Below are positions 25,607 to 34,476 of a stretch of DNA of 62,168 nucleotides, in pieces (position 1 is the first letter of the stretch; the number at the start of each line of letters is the position of its first letter). A program made the translations under genes and the position numbers. Source of the DNA: a virus. Its lineage: Duplodnaviria > Caudoviricetes. The DNA lies in the IMG/VR virus record IMGVR_UViG_3300018432_000570, positions 1 through 62,168 of that record. One strand, written 5' to 3'. A model generated the notes under the pieces. The model made no database searches, was not told where the DNA came from, and saw only the letters and a program-made list of their open reading frames with translations.

Positions 25607-25702
25607 GCGGAAAAGGCACCCTCGCTAAGCGGGGCACCTCGGGACTTGACACGGATGCCACAAACCAGCGTCTAAGACAACCCGCCATCCAGGGAGGCTG
25701 CA

Positions 25703-26041
25703 ATGCGCGTGCTGGGCATCTCGTTAATCGTCGTCGGTGCAATCTTGATGGGGGGCGGCTACCTTTATGATCCCTATGTCCGCTATGGTCGGGACGAGAT
25801 CCTATCGAAGCAAATAGAGGCAATGAACGAGGCGTCGATAAAGCGCAACATGGGCATACCGACCGCCCTGCCGGACGATTCCGACTTTCCACCCCAGGTG
25901 TACAACGCAGACCGTGCGCAAACTCGGCTCCTTATCTTTGGGGGAGGGGCGACATTGCTGATCGTCGGCTCCATATTCTTGGCCTCTGGGTCGCGAAGGC
26001 GGCGGGGCAACCCTCCACAGGACATCACGCCCCCACCTTGA
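25703..26041 (+). CDS. Two-TM membrane protein, antisense moron
   Basis: GGAGG RBS, TTGACA at 25646-25651, N- and C-terminal hydrophobic helices. Confidence 0.75.
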   Translation: MRVLGISLIVVGAILMGGGYLYDPYVRYGRDEILSKQIEAMNEASIKRNMGIPTALPDDSDFPPQVYNADRAQTRLLIFGGGATLLIVGSIFLASGSRRRRGNPPQDITPPP

Positions 26042-26118
26042 TCCGATTTTGCCGTGATCGGGACCCTCCTCGTTTGCTCAGGAGCAGTTTTGAAGGCGCT
26101 CAGCAGCCTGCGGCGGGA

Positions 26119-26436
26119 CTAGGTCTCTTCCTCGTCCTGCTCCTCCGGTGGATCAACAGCCTGCACAGCTAGGATTAAGACTTCATCTGCCGTGTAAGTG
26201 TAGGTTACCCACAGATCGGGAGTGCCCGCAAAAACATCCCCCGCGAGGACATACGCCCGGTACGGCCTCGCAGTCCCAACCTTGGTCACACTACCCTTTG
26301 GTTCTGGGTTACGGGCGAGCAGCCACTTCAAGGCGTTCCACGCCTCCTCGAAGCGAGGGTGCTTCTCCGTGTAAAGGTCGAGGTATTCGGATACGTCGAG
26401 CGCTTCCACGATTTCCCGTAGTGCTTGCCAGGCCAA
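26119..26436 (-). CDS. Putative toxin (RelE/ParE-like size and pattern)
   Basis: 105 aa, starts 1 bp after the Panacea gene; C-terminal beta pattern LWVTYTYTADEVLILAV. Confidence 0.6.
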   Translation of the reverse strand: MAWQALREIVEALDVSEYLDLYTEKHPRFEEAWNALKWLLARNPEPKGSVTKVGTARPYRAYVLAGDVFAGTPDLWVTYTYTADEVLILAVQAVDPPEEQDEEET

Positions 26437-26437
26437 G

Positions 26438-26971
26438 TTACGTCGCCTGCGCCTCGTAGCGCGAGATCGCAGTGTCGGCCCAATCGATCACGGTCGGGGT
26501 CATTCGCCCTGGTGACGAGGCCAAGGTAGCCCAGAGGGGAATCTCTTCCCCGATGTTCGCCGCTTCCCACACTTGATCGTGCGAGAGCTCACTAATCGAC
26601 TCAGCCGTGTGGCCGTAGCAGATCTCTGATCGGATCTCGTCCACGAGGGCGATCTCCTTCGCGGAGAGCGAGGAGATATCCGGCTCAGTCAGAGCCACAA
26701 AGTCCTTCATGGAATGACCGAAACGGTCACGATCGCGGATCACTATGGCATTCTCATGCTCCAGCTCACCGAGCATTGCCAGAATGTGCTTCGGAACCGG
26801 CCCATGTTGACGCTTCACGTAGGCCCCGCCCGTGACGGAGGCACCTTCGCCGCGATATGCAAACGTATCTACGTACCAAAGAATCTTATTGAGCCGGACG
26901 GCGCCTAGGCGCGACGAATCGCTTTTCGCGATCACGTAGTGCACCAGCGCTTTGAATTTCGAACGGTTCAT
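26438..26971 (-). CDS. Panacea (DUF4065/SocA-like) antitoxin
   Basis: RLNKILWYVD, GASVTGGAYVKRQHGPVP, ISELSH..VW motifs. Confidence 0.85.
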   Translation of the reverse strand: MNRSKFKALVHYVIAKSDSSRLGAVRLNKILWYVDTFAYRGEGASVTGGAYVKRQHGPVPKHILAMLGELEHENAIVIRDRDRFGHSMKDFVALTEPDISSLSAKEIALVDEIRSEICYGHTAESISELSHDQVWEAANIGEEIPLWATLASSPGRMTPTVIDWADTAISRYEAQAT

Positions 26972-27170
26972 TTTACACCTAACTAAGATTATATGCAAAG
27001 CTCTAATACCAGATTTGACTCCGGCTTTGAAACCGATTACGAGGCTCCCACGTCGCCGAGTAATCGGCAGCCTGTCCCCATCTCCGGTCAGACTAAGCGA
27101 CTCGGACGGGCCCTTGTAGCAGACACCGAATTAACGCTGTGAGACTCTAAGGGTATCGATGCCTCTGCCA

Positions 27171-27185
27171 GAACGTAGAGGGAAC
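27171..27185. promoter_or_regulatory. Alphaproteobacterial LexA box upstream of the TA operon
   Basis: GTTC-cctctac-GTTC on the minus strand, intergenic. Confidence 0.7.
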
Positions 27186-27227
27186 GTCTCCTACAGTTTT
27201 AGGGGCTTTCCGGGCGTACTGGGTCTG

Positions 27228-27588
27228 TCACCGCCTACCCCATTGCTCGACGGCGGCCCCCTCCAGTGTCCTGAGATCATGAAGAACGTCGGCCGTCACA
27301 TCAACGCCGATCGGCCCGGCAACGGTCGGCAGGGCCCCGTAGTCCAGCCCTGTGCGAAACATCCCCGCCATGCCGGCGCCTACCCACCGCCACTGCGTCT
27401 GCATCGCTATAAAAAGGCTCCAGGCTGGCACCATGTCAGGCCAGAGTTCGATCTCGGCGCGCTCAGGCTCAGCAGGCGCGACCGTTGCATTGAGCCCGAC
27501 CGCGGCTAGCTGTTGCTCAACGGAGGGGCAGTCTTCTCGGCTTCCTCGGCCGCCGGCCCATCGGCGAGCGGCGCGGGCGAGTTTTTTT
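27228..27588 (-). CDS. Tail assembly chaperone frameshift extension (gpT-like, DUF1799-like)
   Basis: LWPDMVPAWSLFIAMQTQWR...GLDYGAL...DLRTLE; reached by -1 slip at 27581-27591. Confidence 0.8.
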
Positions 27589-27925
27589 CCCGCACCTTCC
27601 CCTTGCCCTGCCAGGCCTCGCGGTAGCTGATCTGGAAGCCGAGAGCGAACCCGGGCACATTCTCCACGACCGCTTCCAAGTTCTCGGCTGTGAACGGGAA
27701 GGGCTTCTGGTCGGGCCCTCGAATTTGGCTCCAATCCCGGCCGACTCGCTTAGTGAAGTCGATCGTCCTTTCGTTGGACCTGCCTTCGACCATCTCTGTC
27801 ATCTCGGACAGCGGCAGAAACACCACCTTCATCCGGATTTCGTTCTTCTGCTCAAAGCCCTCTTCATCGAGGCCGTCCCAGGAAATGTCGATCCAGGCGG
27901 TCGGCTCTGCGGCGATAGTGAACAT
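27506..27925 (-). CDS. Tail assembly chaperone (gpG-like)
   Basis: MFTIAAEP start after tail tube gene; contains CGG GAA AAA AAC. Confidence 0.8.
   Translation of the reverse strand: MFTIAAEPTAWIDISWDGLDEEGFEQKNEIRMKVVFLPLSEMTEMVEGRSNERTIDFTKRVGRDWSQIRGPDQKPFPFTAENLEAVVENVPGFALGFQISYREAWQGKGKVREKNSPAPLADGPAAEEAEKTAPPLSNS
27581..27591 (-). other. Programmed -1 ribosomal frameshift site
   Basis: GGGAAAAAAAC containing A AAA AAC (X XXY YYZ) at the classic G/GT position. Confidence 0.8.
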
Positions 27926-27933
27926 AGAAGTCC

Positions 27934-28878
27934 CTATTTGGAAGTGACGGTGATCTCGTCGTTGCCAGTGGCCGTCGACGGGAGGAAGCGGAGCGGAATA
28001 CTCATCATGACGATGCCCTGCTCCTCCGGAAACGTGATCACGCCCGTCTCTGCTCGCGCGGCATCGATCTGGACGATGTTGCCGGCGGCAGTACCGTGGA
28101 TAATCTGCAAGGCGCCCGTCGCACGGGATTCGAACTTGGTGATCGGGTTCTTGGTCGCGACCGTGGGCATTTCGACCAGGAGCTCCGCCGTGACCTCGCG
28201 ATTGCGGAACATAGCCTTGTCGGTCGGGCCGACGAGCGACCGCGGTTCGATCTTGTTGCCCATGTTGATCGTTAGGCGCCGCAGTGCGAACGCATAGCCG
28301 TCGAAGGTGAAGGTCGTGTTCGAGGTTGAGCAGATGACGGGGGTAGCCTGTCCAGCGAAGGTCGGCGTACTTGGCGCAGAGTCGGCGAGGATCCCCGAAG
28401 GTGGAAAGCCCATATATTCGAGATTGAACATTGGGATTTCGTCGTCCTCGAAAGTCATCGTCAGATTGGCGCGAGAGCCCAGGGATGCCATCTTGAGGCT
28501 GTCGAGGTAGGGCCACAGCGTCATGGTCGGCACCGCGGCGCTAATAGGCGCCTGAACGACTGACGAGCCGCCGACAGTTCCAGCGTCGAAACCTGCAGGG
28601 CGAAGAAATGGCATCCATGCCGGAGGGGTGATCGCGCTCACGCCCGAGCCGGCGATCTCTACGCCGAAACGAACCGGTCGGCGCACCTGGGCGTTGATCG
28701 AGGGGCGAGCTCCGAAATACTGGCCATCGGTGTTGCGGACACGGGTGTCCGCTTCCAGGCCGGAAGTGTCGAGTCCCACCGTAATCAGCGCATTCGACCC
28801 GACCGTCGGCGTGGCATCCGTGCCCTCGACGGTCTCGATCTTCCCGATTAGAAGTCTCTTTTCGAAGCTGTACGGCAT
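27934..28878 (-). CDS. Major tail tube protein
   Basis: KIETVEGTDATP N-terminus, HGTAAGNIV; position before the chaperones; no sheath gene seen. Confidence 0.85.
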   Translation of the reverse strand: MPYSFEKRLLIGKIETVEGTDATPTVGSNALITVGLDTSGLEADTRVRNTDGQYFGARPSINAQVRRPVRFGVEIAGSGVSAITPPAWMPFLRPAGFDAGTVGGSSVVQAPISAAVPTMTLWPYLDSLKMASLGSRANLTMTFEDDEIPMFNLEYMGFPPSGILADSAPSTPTFAGQATPVICSTSNTTFTFDGYAFALRRLTINMGNKIEPRSLVGPTDKAMFRNREVTAELLVEMPTVATKNPITKFESRATGALQIIHGTAAGNIVQIDAARAETGVITFPEEQGIVMMSIPLRFLPSTATGNDEITVTSK

Positions 28879-29234
28879 TAAGAGGTGCTCCCCTCAGCGG
28901 CCGGCGCAGACGCCGTCTGCGCCGGCAAGGCTTCGCGCGCGGAGCGCTCCACCGTCTGCAGCTTGGCAGCCCGCGCCTTTCGCGATCCAACGAATGTCGC
29001 GGTGGCCTTTTTCCCGATCTTTGCGACGGACTGGCGCGCCGGGACCTCGGGAGGGCCTGCAAACGCTGCGATCTGGTCGGGTGCAAGGACGCCGTCCGGG
29101 TCCGTCTTCCTGCCTGCCTTGTGGATCGCCATGGCCCGCGCCGGGCCGGAAGCAGGAAAGTCTCCGATCAGCTCATGACCGTTCTCATCGATCCTTGCCG
29201 GCCCCCAGTCAGGGTTGTCGGATTTCGCGGCCAT
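28878..29234 (-). CDS. Hypothetical protein
   Basis: GAGGGG RBS; TAATG-coupled to tail tube gene. Confidence 0.6.
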   Translation of the reverse strand: MAAKSDNPDWGPARIDENGHELIGDFPASGPARAMAIHKAGRKTDPDGVLAPDQIAAFAGPPEVPARQSVAKIGKKATATFVGSRKARAAKLQTVERSAREALPAQTASAPAAEGSTS

Positions 29235-29292
29235 TCGGCACCCCTCAGGAAAAGACGTCCGAACGGTGCGTAATGTTAGCTGGTCGTGGAAG

Positions 29293-29308
29293 CCGGACGC
29301 GTGTCCGG
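29293..29308. promoter_or_regulatory. Putative late-activator site
   Basis: CCGGACGCGTGTCCGG; copies at 33615 and 38527. Confidence 0.7.
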
Positions 29309-29530
29309 TTAGTCGGAGGCGATCCCTAGAGCGTCCATGACCGCCAGCCCCTTCTCGTTGGGCCAATAGGCCCATACGTACTCATCTCCCAGTCCGGACT
29401 CGTCCGCTTCCAGAAGGTTCAACATCAGCAATTCAGTGGTTGCATCGTCGAGACGGTGAAAGTCGCCGTCCCTCAAACGGTCAATCAATCCTGGAGCGAG
29501 GGTGCGAGCGATGACGGCTGCGTCGAACAT
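29309..29530 (-). CDS. Small acidic protein with own promoter (moron)
   Basis: TTAACC-N17-TATGAT ends 5 nt before the ATG (leaderless). Confidence 0.55.
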   Translation of the reverse strand: MFDAAVIARTLAPGLIDRLRDGDFHRLDDATTELLMLNLLEADESGLGDEYVWAYWPNEKGLAVMDALGIASD

Positions 29531-29560
29531 GCTTCATCATACCACGTCCTGGCACTGCGG

Positions 29561-29995
29561 TTAAGTCACCGCTTCCTCGGTCTCGATGTATTTGCAGTCG
29601 AAGAAGAGGTTGACCCAGATGAAGCCAGGCACGGTCTGACTGATGTCGGAATAGGCGTAGTCCAGTGCGGTCTCCGCTCCTGTCGGTTGCCAGCCCATCA
29701 TGTGACGCTTGATCGTGGAGCGGAGAGCTTCGACCTCGTCCGATCGTTCGCCCGCGGCGCGCTGGGCGGCGAGGGTGAAAGCAACGCATATCCGAGTCGA
29801 GACTCGCTGCGTCTTGGGTCCGCCGTCGCGGCGGCCGGGCTCGGCCGTCTCTTTGGGCAGAACGACGAAGGCGGTTTTCAGGAAGGACCCAGGATTGCGC
29901 ATCGCATCGGCCAAGCTGAGGACATCCTGAACCTGCCCGAAGAGGCCGCTCGCCTTCACCCTCGCCTTGAGGCTCGCGACTTCAATTCCCACCAA
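29561..29995 (-). CDS. Tail terminator / Gp37-like protein
   Basis: Position after virion morphogenesis gene; AFVV...MGWQP motif. Confidence 0.7.
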   Translation of the reverse strand: MVGIEVASLKARVKASGLFGQVQDVLSLADAMRNPGSFLKTAFVVLPKETAEPGRRDGGPKTQRVSTRICVAFTLAAQRAAGERSDEVEALRSTIKRHMMGWQPTGAETALDYAYSDISQTVPGFIWVNLFFDCKYIETEEAVT

Positions 29996-30467
29996 AGGGC
30001 TCCTTCACCACGTCCGTCCAGAGATCCTCCAGGTCGGCCAAGTCCTGATCGTCAAAGCCGATGAAGGGGCGAGCTGGCAGATTGATGCCGGCGACGCCCC
30101 ATTGCAAGGCCGCAGCTTTCTGCTGGACGTCCCCCTGTGAATTTGCCCCGGTCCCAATCTCAACCTCGGTGTCTCGTGCTTCGTGGGAGATGCTCCCCCT
30201 CAGGGCGCCGCGGTCGGTCAAGGTCTTACCCGGCTGAACCTTGCCGCTGCTCGCGCGAGGCGCGAGCCCTAGAGCTGCTTTCGACGGAATCCAAGCGATG
30301 CCCCCCGGTCCGCGTTCAGTCTCGAACCGTTCAGCGATGCTGCCTTCGATGAGGATAGCCGAGGCCTCGAGTCCGGGTTTCAGGTCGTCGCCAAGGTCGA
30401 TCGCTCGCTGGAGTGCCCGGCCTAAGCCTCCGTCATCGACCGATACCTCCATCCGGATACCGCTCAT
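29982..30467 (-). CDS. Phage virion morphogenesis protein (Mu gpG-like)
   Basis: RFETERGPGGIAW, LTDRGALRGSI, LPARPFIG. Confidence 0.85.
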   Translation of the reverse strand: MSGIRMEVSVDDGGLGRALQRAIDLGDDLKPGLEASAILIEGSIAERFETERGPGGIAWIPSKAALGLAPRASSGKVQPGKTLTDRGALRGSISHEARDTEVEIGTGANSQGDVQQKAAALQWGVAGINLPARPFIGFDDQDLADLEDLWTDVVKEPFGGN

Positions 30468-30904
30468 TGCATCCGTCCGCGGTAAGAACCCAAGAGGCAA
30501 TCGGTGAAGATCTGCTCAGGCGCATAGACGATCGGTTCGTCCCCGGACGCCTCTTCGACGAGAACGCCCGCAAGCCCGACGAGCTCGACAATGCCCTTCG
30601 CTAGATCGCGCAGCCATGCCCTGGCCCGGTCTGCGCGAGCCGTGACCTCTTCGGTCGGCCGCATGGTGAATAGACGCTCCCGGGCCAGGTCGGCGACAAC
30701 GTCCTTGATTGCGGTCGGAACAGGAGCGAGCGGGAGGCTGCCAGCATAGCGCTTGGCCGCATAGGAGTCCGCCATATCGCTCGCAGCTTGGATCGCTGCA
30801 TCGAGTTTACTGTCGTCGATCGCCACCGCCTCAGGATCCGTGATCGAGATCGTCTCGGCTTCGTCGAAGCGGTCTAGATATTCGGCCTTGGTTAGATACG
30901 GCAT
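30464..30904 (-). CDS. Head-tail adaptor (Mu gp36 / DUF1320-like)
   Basis: MPYLT...RF, ADSY..KRY..PL..VP, A..WLRDLAKG. Confidence 0.85.
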   Translation of the reverse strand: MPYLTKAEYLDRFDEAETISITDPEAVAIDDSKLDAAIQAASDMADSYAAKRYAGSLPLAPVPTAIKDVVADLARERLFTMRPTEEVTARADRARAWLRDLAKGIVELVGLAGVLVEEASGDEPIVYAPEQIFTDCLLGSYRGRMQ

Positions 30905-30923
30905 CGGCTCACCTCAAACAGCA

Positions 30924-30959
30924 AAGGGCCGCCCGCGGCTTCCAAGCGGACGGCCCCTC
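30924..30959 (-). terminator. Intrinsic terminator after the capsid genes
   Basis: GGGCCGTCCGC..GCGGGCGGCCC hairpin followed by TTTGCTGTTT on the minus strand. Confidence 0.65.
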
Positions 30960-30978
30960 ACGCCCCAGCCTTGCTGGT

Positions 30979-31248
30979 TTACTTCTTGCGTGCGGTGGCC
31001 TTATCTCCGGCCTCCGAGCCGCCTTTGCGCCCATCGGCATCGTGATCGAGGGGGTCGGGCGCCTTGGCGCTGTCGCCATTGCTCGTCACCTTGGGATCGC
31101 CATCCTCGACCTTCGTCGAGTCGCCGCGATCCGCGAGGATATCGGCCGCCGCGCGGTTGTCGTCATTGACCTTCAGCTCATCGCCCTGGTCGTAGACCTT
31201 CCCGCCGAATTCCTGGCCGTTTAGATTGGAAAGATACTTCATCGCCAA
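30979..31248 (-). CDS. Small head-associated protein
   Basis: AAGGAGG RBS; follows major capsid gene; DPLDHDADGRKGGS. Confidence 0.7.
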   Translation of the reverse strand: MAMKYLSNLNGQEFGGKVYDQGDELKVNDDNRAAADILADRGDSTKVEDGDPKVTSNGDSAKAPDPLDHDADGRKGGSEAGDKATARKK

Positions 31249-31254
31249 GCCTCC

Positions 31255-32217
31255 TTAGCCGCTGACCGCGTTGGTGAGGAGATAGCCGGCATAGGGCGCG
31301 ACGGTTTTCTCGTCGAGCATCTCGCCGTATTTGACCCGGACGCCGCCCATCAGACCCATCTGCGGATCATTATATTCGCCCGCGACGACGTCGCCCCATT
31401 GGAAGGTGTAGCCGAAGCTCGGATCCTCGGGGTTGTCGACCGTGCCGGTGCCGTTTGTGGGCGCGATCCGCAGCAGGGCGAAATGGTCACCCCAGATGGG
31501 CGCCGTCGTCATCGCCTGACCCTTTTTCGAGGTCTGCTGGATAGTGTTGCCGATGATTAGACGCTCCAGGCCCAGAATGGCCGCGAGCTCCGTTTGCGTC
31601 ACCATGCGCCCGCTGTTGCCCGACCCGCCCAATCGCTGTGAGACGGATGCGTTCAACTGGAGGCGGCGGAAGACGCGCTCACCCATGACGCCGGTGTTCG
31701 GCGGGATAAGCATCGACGCTTTGGCATCGAGGATGAGGTCCACCGGCTTACTGTCGACATGACCAAACTGGTCCGAGCCGCTCAGAGTGGCCTTGTAGCC
31801 GTTCTGAAAGTTCGCCGCGCTGAAGACACGGGCGGCAACCCTTTTTTCTCGTCCGAGCTGAACCTTGTCGACCAGCGTGCGGGTGGCGCGCGCACGGAAC
31901 GAGAAGGGCATGTTGCCCGACCGCGCCGCCGCCTCGTCGCGAAACGGTATTGGTGCCTCGAGGCCGTAGTCGTCGACGCTACCCGTCTCTTCCGTGGCGG
32001 TGAGCAGGAATTCGTTCAGCTTGGATCGCCGACCCGCCTGCGTGTCCGGAGCGTCGAACGCTTCTTCAATGGGATAGGACGGGTATTTGAATTCCGGCGC
32101 GTCGACGCGAACCCGAGGCATGACCTCGTCGGCTATATAGCCCCGGCTGCCTCGGTTGACGTTGCCGTAATCCAGCGCGATGGCGACCAACGCGGGATTG
32201 ATCGTGAATGGTGCCAT
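31255..32217 (-). CDS. Major capsid protein
   Basis: 320 aa; YIADEVMPRV, REKRVA, AGYLLTNAV C-terminus; position. Confidence 0.85.
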   Translation of the reverse strand: MAPFTINPALVAIALDYGNVNRGSRGYIADEVMPRVRVDAPEFKYPSYPIEEAFDAPDTQAGRRSKLNEFLLTATEETGSVDDYGLEAPIPFRDEAAARSGNMPFSFRARATRTLVDKVQLGREKRVAARVFSAANFQNGYKATLSGSDQFGHVDSKPVDLILDAKASMLIPPNTGVMGERVFRRLQLNASVSQRLGGSGNSGRMVTQTELAAILGLERLIIGNTIQQTSKKGQAMTTAPIWGDHFALLRIAPTNGTGTVDNPEDPSFGYTFQWGDVVAGEYNDPQMGLMGGVRVKYGEMLDEKTVAPYAGYLLTNAVSG

Positions 32218-32231
32218 TAGAAGCTACCCCC

Positions 32232-32618
32232 TTAAGCGCCCTGGACAGCGCCAGGCTGGACGATGATCATGCCGACGTCTCCGCTGACACCCGATACTTC
32301 GGCCTGACCGCCGTAGCTGTTGTTGACGCCCGCGCCGGGAGCCGCTGCCACGGCCTTGCCGTTGGCGTCCGAGGTAACGAACCCACCCCGCGTGATTGTG
32401 CCGGCGAAGTCGACCTCGGCAATGTTGCCGACCATAAAGACGTCGACACGATCGCCGATGGCAACGTCGAGGTCGGCCGAGACGCCGATGATGCTGTCGG
32501 TCGCTGCGGTGGCCTGAATGACCACCCCGTCCGCCGCGCCGAACTTCAGAAAGCGTCGCTTGGAAATGGCTCCGCCCGCCGTGTAGGGCTTCGTCAGACC
32601 GCTCGTGCTGATTCCCAT
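32232..32618 (-). CDS. Capsid decoration/cement protein (DUF2190-like)
   Basis: Gly/Ala-rich 128 aa, VTSDANGKAV; precedes capsid gene. Confidence 0.75.
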   Translation of the reverse strand: MGISTSGLTKPYTAGGAISKRRFLKFGAADGVVIQATAATDSIIGVSADLDVAIGDRVDVFMVGNIAEVDFAGTITRGGFVTSDANGKAVAAAPGAGVNNSYGGQAEVSGVSGDVGMIIVQPGAVQGA

Positions 32619-32622
32619 GGCG

Positions 32623-33576
32623 CTATGCCCCCTGCTTGGATTCGATGGTCGCGACCGCAGCCTCGAAGCTCACGGCCTTGCCGTCCTCGACGAGCTTGCG
32701 AGCCTGGGCTGTGATCTGGTCGGCGCTGAGAGGCCCGCCGTTCTTCTCGCCGCTCGGCGAAAGCGCTTCGAAGATGATCTGCGGCTGAGCGGCCGAAAGC
32801 AGCCCCTTGAGCCAGTCGGCCGGAGCGCACTTGGTCTCCGCGTCGAACTGCACCTCGGCGGCCGGAAGGTTGTTGAGGATCTCGGCCCATCCGTGGCTGT
32901 GGCCCGGAAGGACGCGCCCCTCTTTGACGCGATCGGCGACGAACGCGACGTTGGCCGCCTTGCGGTCGGTCTCGGCCTTCGAGGCGGCCGCATCGAGCAG
33001 GCTCTGAAGCCGATCGCGCTCGGTCACGGCAGCGTCGAATTCCGTCTTGGGAACGGTGTCTTTGTCGGCCACGGTCGGCCCTCCCTCGATTATGGTGAGA
33101 AGTTCGGTGCCGGCAGCGAACTCAACGACGAGAGCGGCGGCCGGAGCCACTCCCTCGATCTCGGACTCGTCGGCGGAGAAGCTGAGACGGGCCATGTCGG
33201 GGATGCCAGGCGCCGAGGCCCCCAGAAGACCAAGGTGACGGATATCCCACTTGCCGGGGGTTGGGTTCGCGGGGTCGGTGGGATGCCAGAACTTAATCGA
33301 TCGGTTGATGTATTTGCCGCCCCTGACCGCCTCGACGACGTCGGCCGCGATGTTCTTGAGTCCGAGGTATAGCTTCGAGCCGTCACGGCGCGCCCTCGCG
33401 ATCAACCCCTTGGCCGGATCGTCGCTCTGAGGGTGGCCGAGCACGAGAGGGGCCGGGCCGGTTTCGGCGCGGGCATTGTAGCTCGTCACGGCCTCGTCGA
33501 CATCGCGCTCCGTGATCCCGCGCGACGCAGGACCAACCCGGAATGCCTCGATCTCAGTGACCCGCTCTTCGCTCAT
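32623..33576 (-). CDS. Prohead protease/scaffold (Mu gpI-like)
   Basis: APLVLGHP, Y..RSI.F, HLGLLGA.AP; helical C-terminal scaffold. Confidence 0.8.
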   Translation of the reverse strand: MSEERVTEIEAFRVGPASRGITERDVDEAVTSYNARAETGPAPLVLGHPQSDDPAKGLIARARRDGSKLYLGLKNIAADVVEAVRGGKYINRSIKFWHPTDPANPTPGKWDIRHLGLLGASAPGIPDMARLSFSADESEIEGVAPAAALVVEFAAGTELLTIIEGGPTVADKDTVPKTEFDAAVTERDRLQSLLDAAASKAETDRKAANVAFVADRVKEGRVLPGHSHGWAEILNNLPAAEVQFDAETKCAPADWLKGLLSAAQPQIIFEALSPSGEKNGGPLSADQITAQARKLVEDGKAVSFEAAVATIESKQGA

Positions 33577-33614
33577 GAGCGAGACGGTTGCGTTCTATGG
33601 CAATGGCTTAAAAC

Positions 33615-33630
33615 CCGGACGCGCGTCCGG
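33615..33630. promoter_or_regulatory. Putative late-activator site
   Basis: Perfect palindrome CCGGACGCGCGTCCGG upstream of the protease gene. Confidence 0.75.
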
Positions 33631-34476
33631 TCAGTCCGTCATTAGGCGCTCCAGCAACGGGCCGATAAGGTTGGTGAATAACGTCCCCCAGATCGTAGCT
33701 CCCTGGGTAGACGTTCCCGAAATTAGCGGAGACCCCGCCAAACGTCGGTCATTCGCCCGCTGAACCTGCGCTACAGCCGCTTTTTCGGCCAACGCGCCGA
33801 CATTGTATGCCCAGAACTCACCTTCGCCGCTCGACAGGTCTCGTGCCTGCCGCAAGGCCTCGGTCGCCGCCGCTTCGTCGCTCACGCCCCCGTATCGGGC
33901 CGCCTGAGATCGGCTGAGCTGCGAGGCGATGCACCGACACTGGAACCCGCATGGTGGGTAAGCCTGAGCCCAAAAGGGATCATCGACTGGCCGAATGATG
34001 CCGTGCAGCGCAGCATGGGCCGGCCTAGTGCGGCTATCCATGACGGCCGAATAGCGGATATAGGGGAGGAACTGCTTGGTCCGCTGGGCGGCTCGCCATT
34101 TACCGACAGCCTGGGAAGTGCGGATATTCGTGTCATAGATCAATCGTACCCGGCGCCCGAGCGCCTTGTCGTCGAGCTGGGGCAGCCATCCTTTGTCCCG
34201 AAGGACGGGCATCATTCGATCAGCGAAGTCGGACTCCCCTCCCCCCTCGCGCATGGTACCGAGCAACCCTTCGTAGAGATCGGCGACGATATCCGATTCA
34301 GCCGTAGCCGCAGCGGTGAAGGCGCGGGCATATTCCTCGGCGCCGAGTTCCCGCCAACTTCGGATGGCCCGGGGGCGTTTGCGCTCGATTATGCGGATGA
34401 GTTCGGCCGTGTCGACCGCCAACGGATTGATGCGTGGGGGCGATGGGCTCTGCGGCTCGGCTCGAAAGGCGGTCAC
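33631..34476 (-). CDS. Minor head protein (Mu gpF-like)
   Basis: RLIYDTN, YSAVMDSRTRPAH..LHG..RPVDDPFW...YPPCGFQCRC; GTG start overlaps upstream stop. Confidence 0.9.
   Translation of the reverse strand: MTAFRAEPQSPSPPRINPLAVDTAELIRIIERKRPRAIRSWRELGAEEYARAFTAAATAESDIVADLYEGLLGTMREGGGESDFADRMMPVLRDKGWLPQLDDKALGRRVRLIYDTNIRTSQAVGKWRAAQRTKQFLPYIRYSAVMDSRTRPAHAALHGIIRPVDDPFWAQAYPPCGFQCRCIASQLSRSQAARYGGVSDEAAATEALRQARDLSSGEGEFWAYNVGALAEKAAVAQVQRANDRRLAGSPLISGTSTQGATIWGTLFTNLIGPLLERLMTD

Noticed and set aside
27228-27925. Frameshifted chaperone as a pseudogene or novelty
   Set aside because: Standard programmed G/GT -1 frameshift of long-tailed phages.
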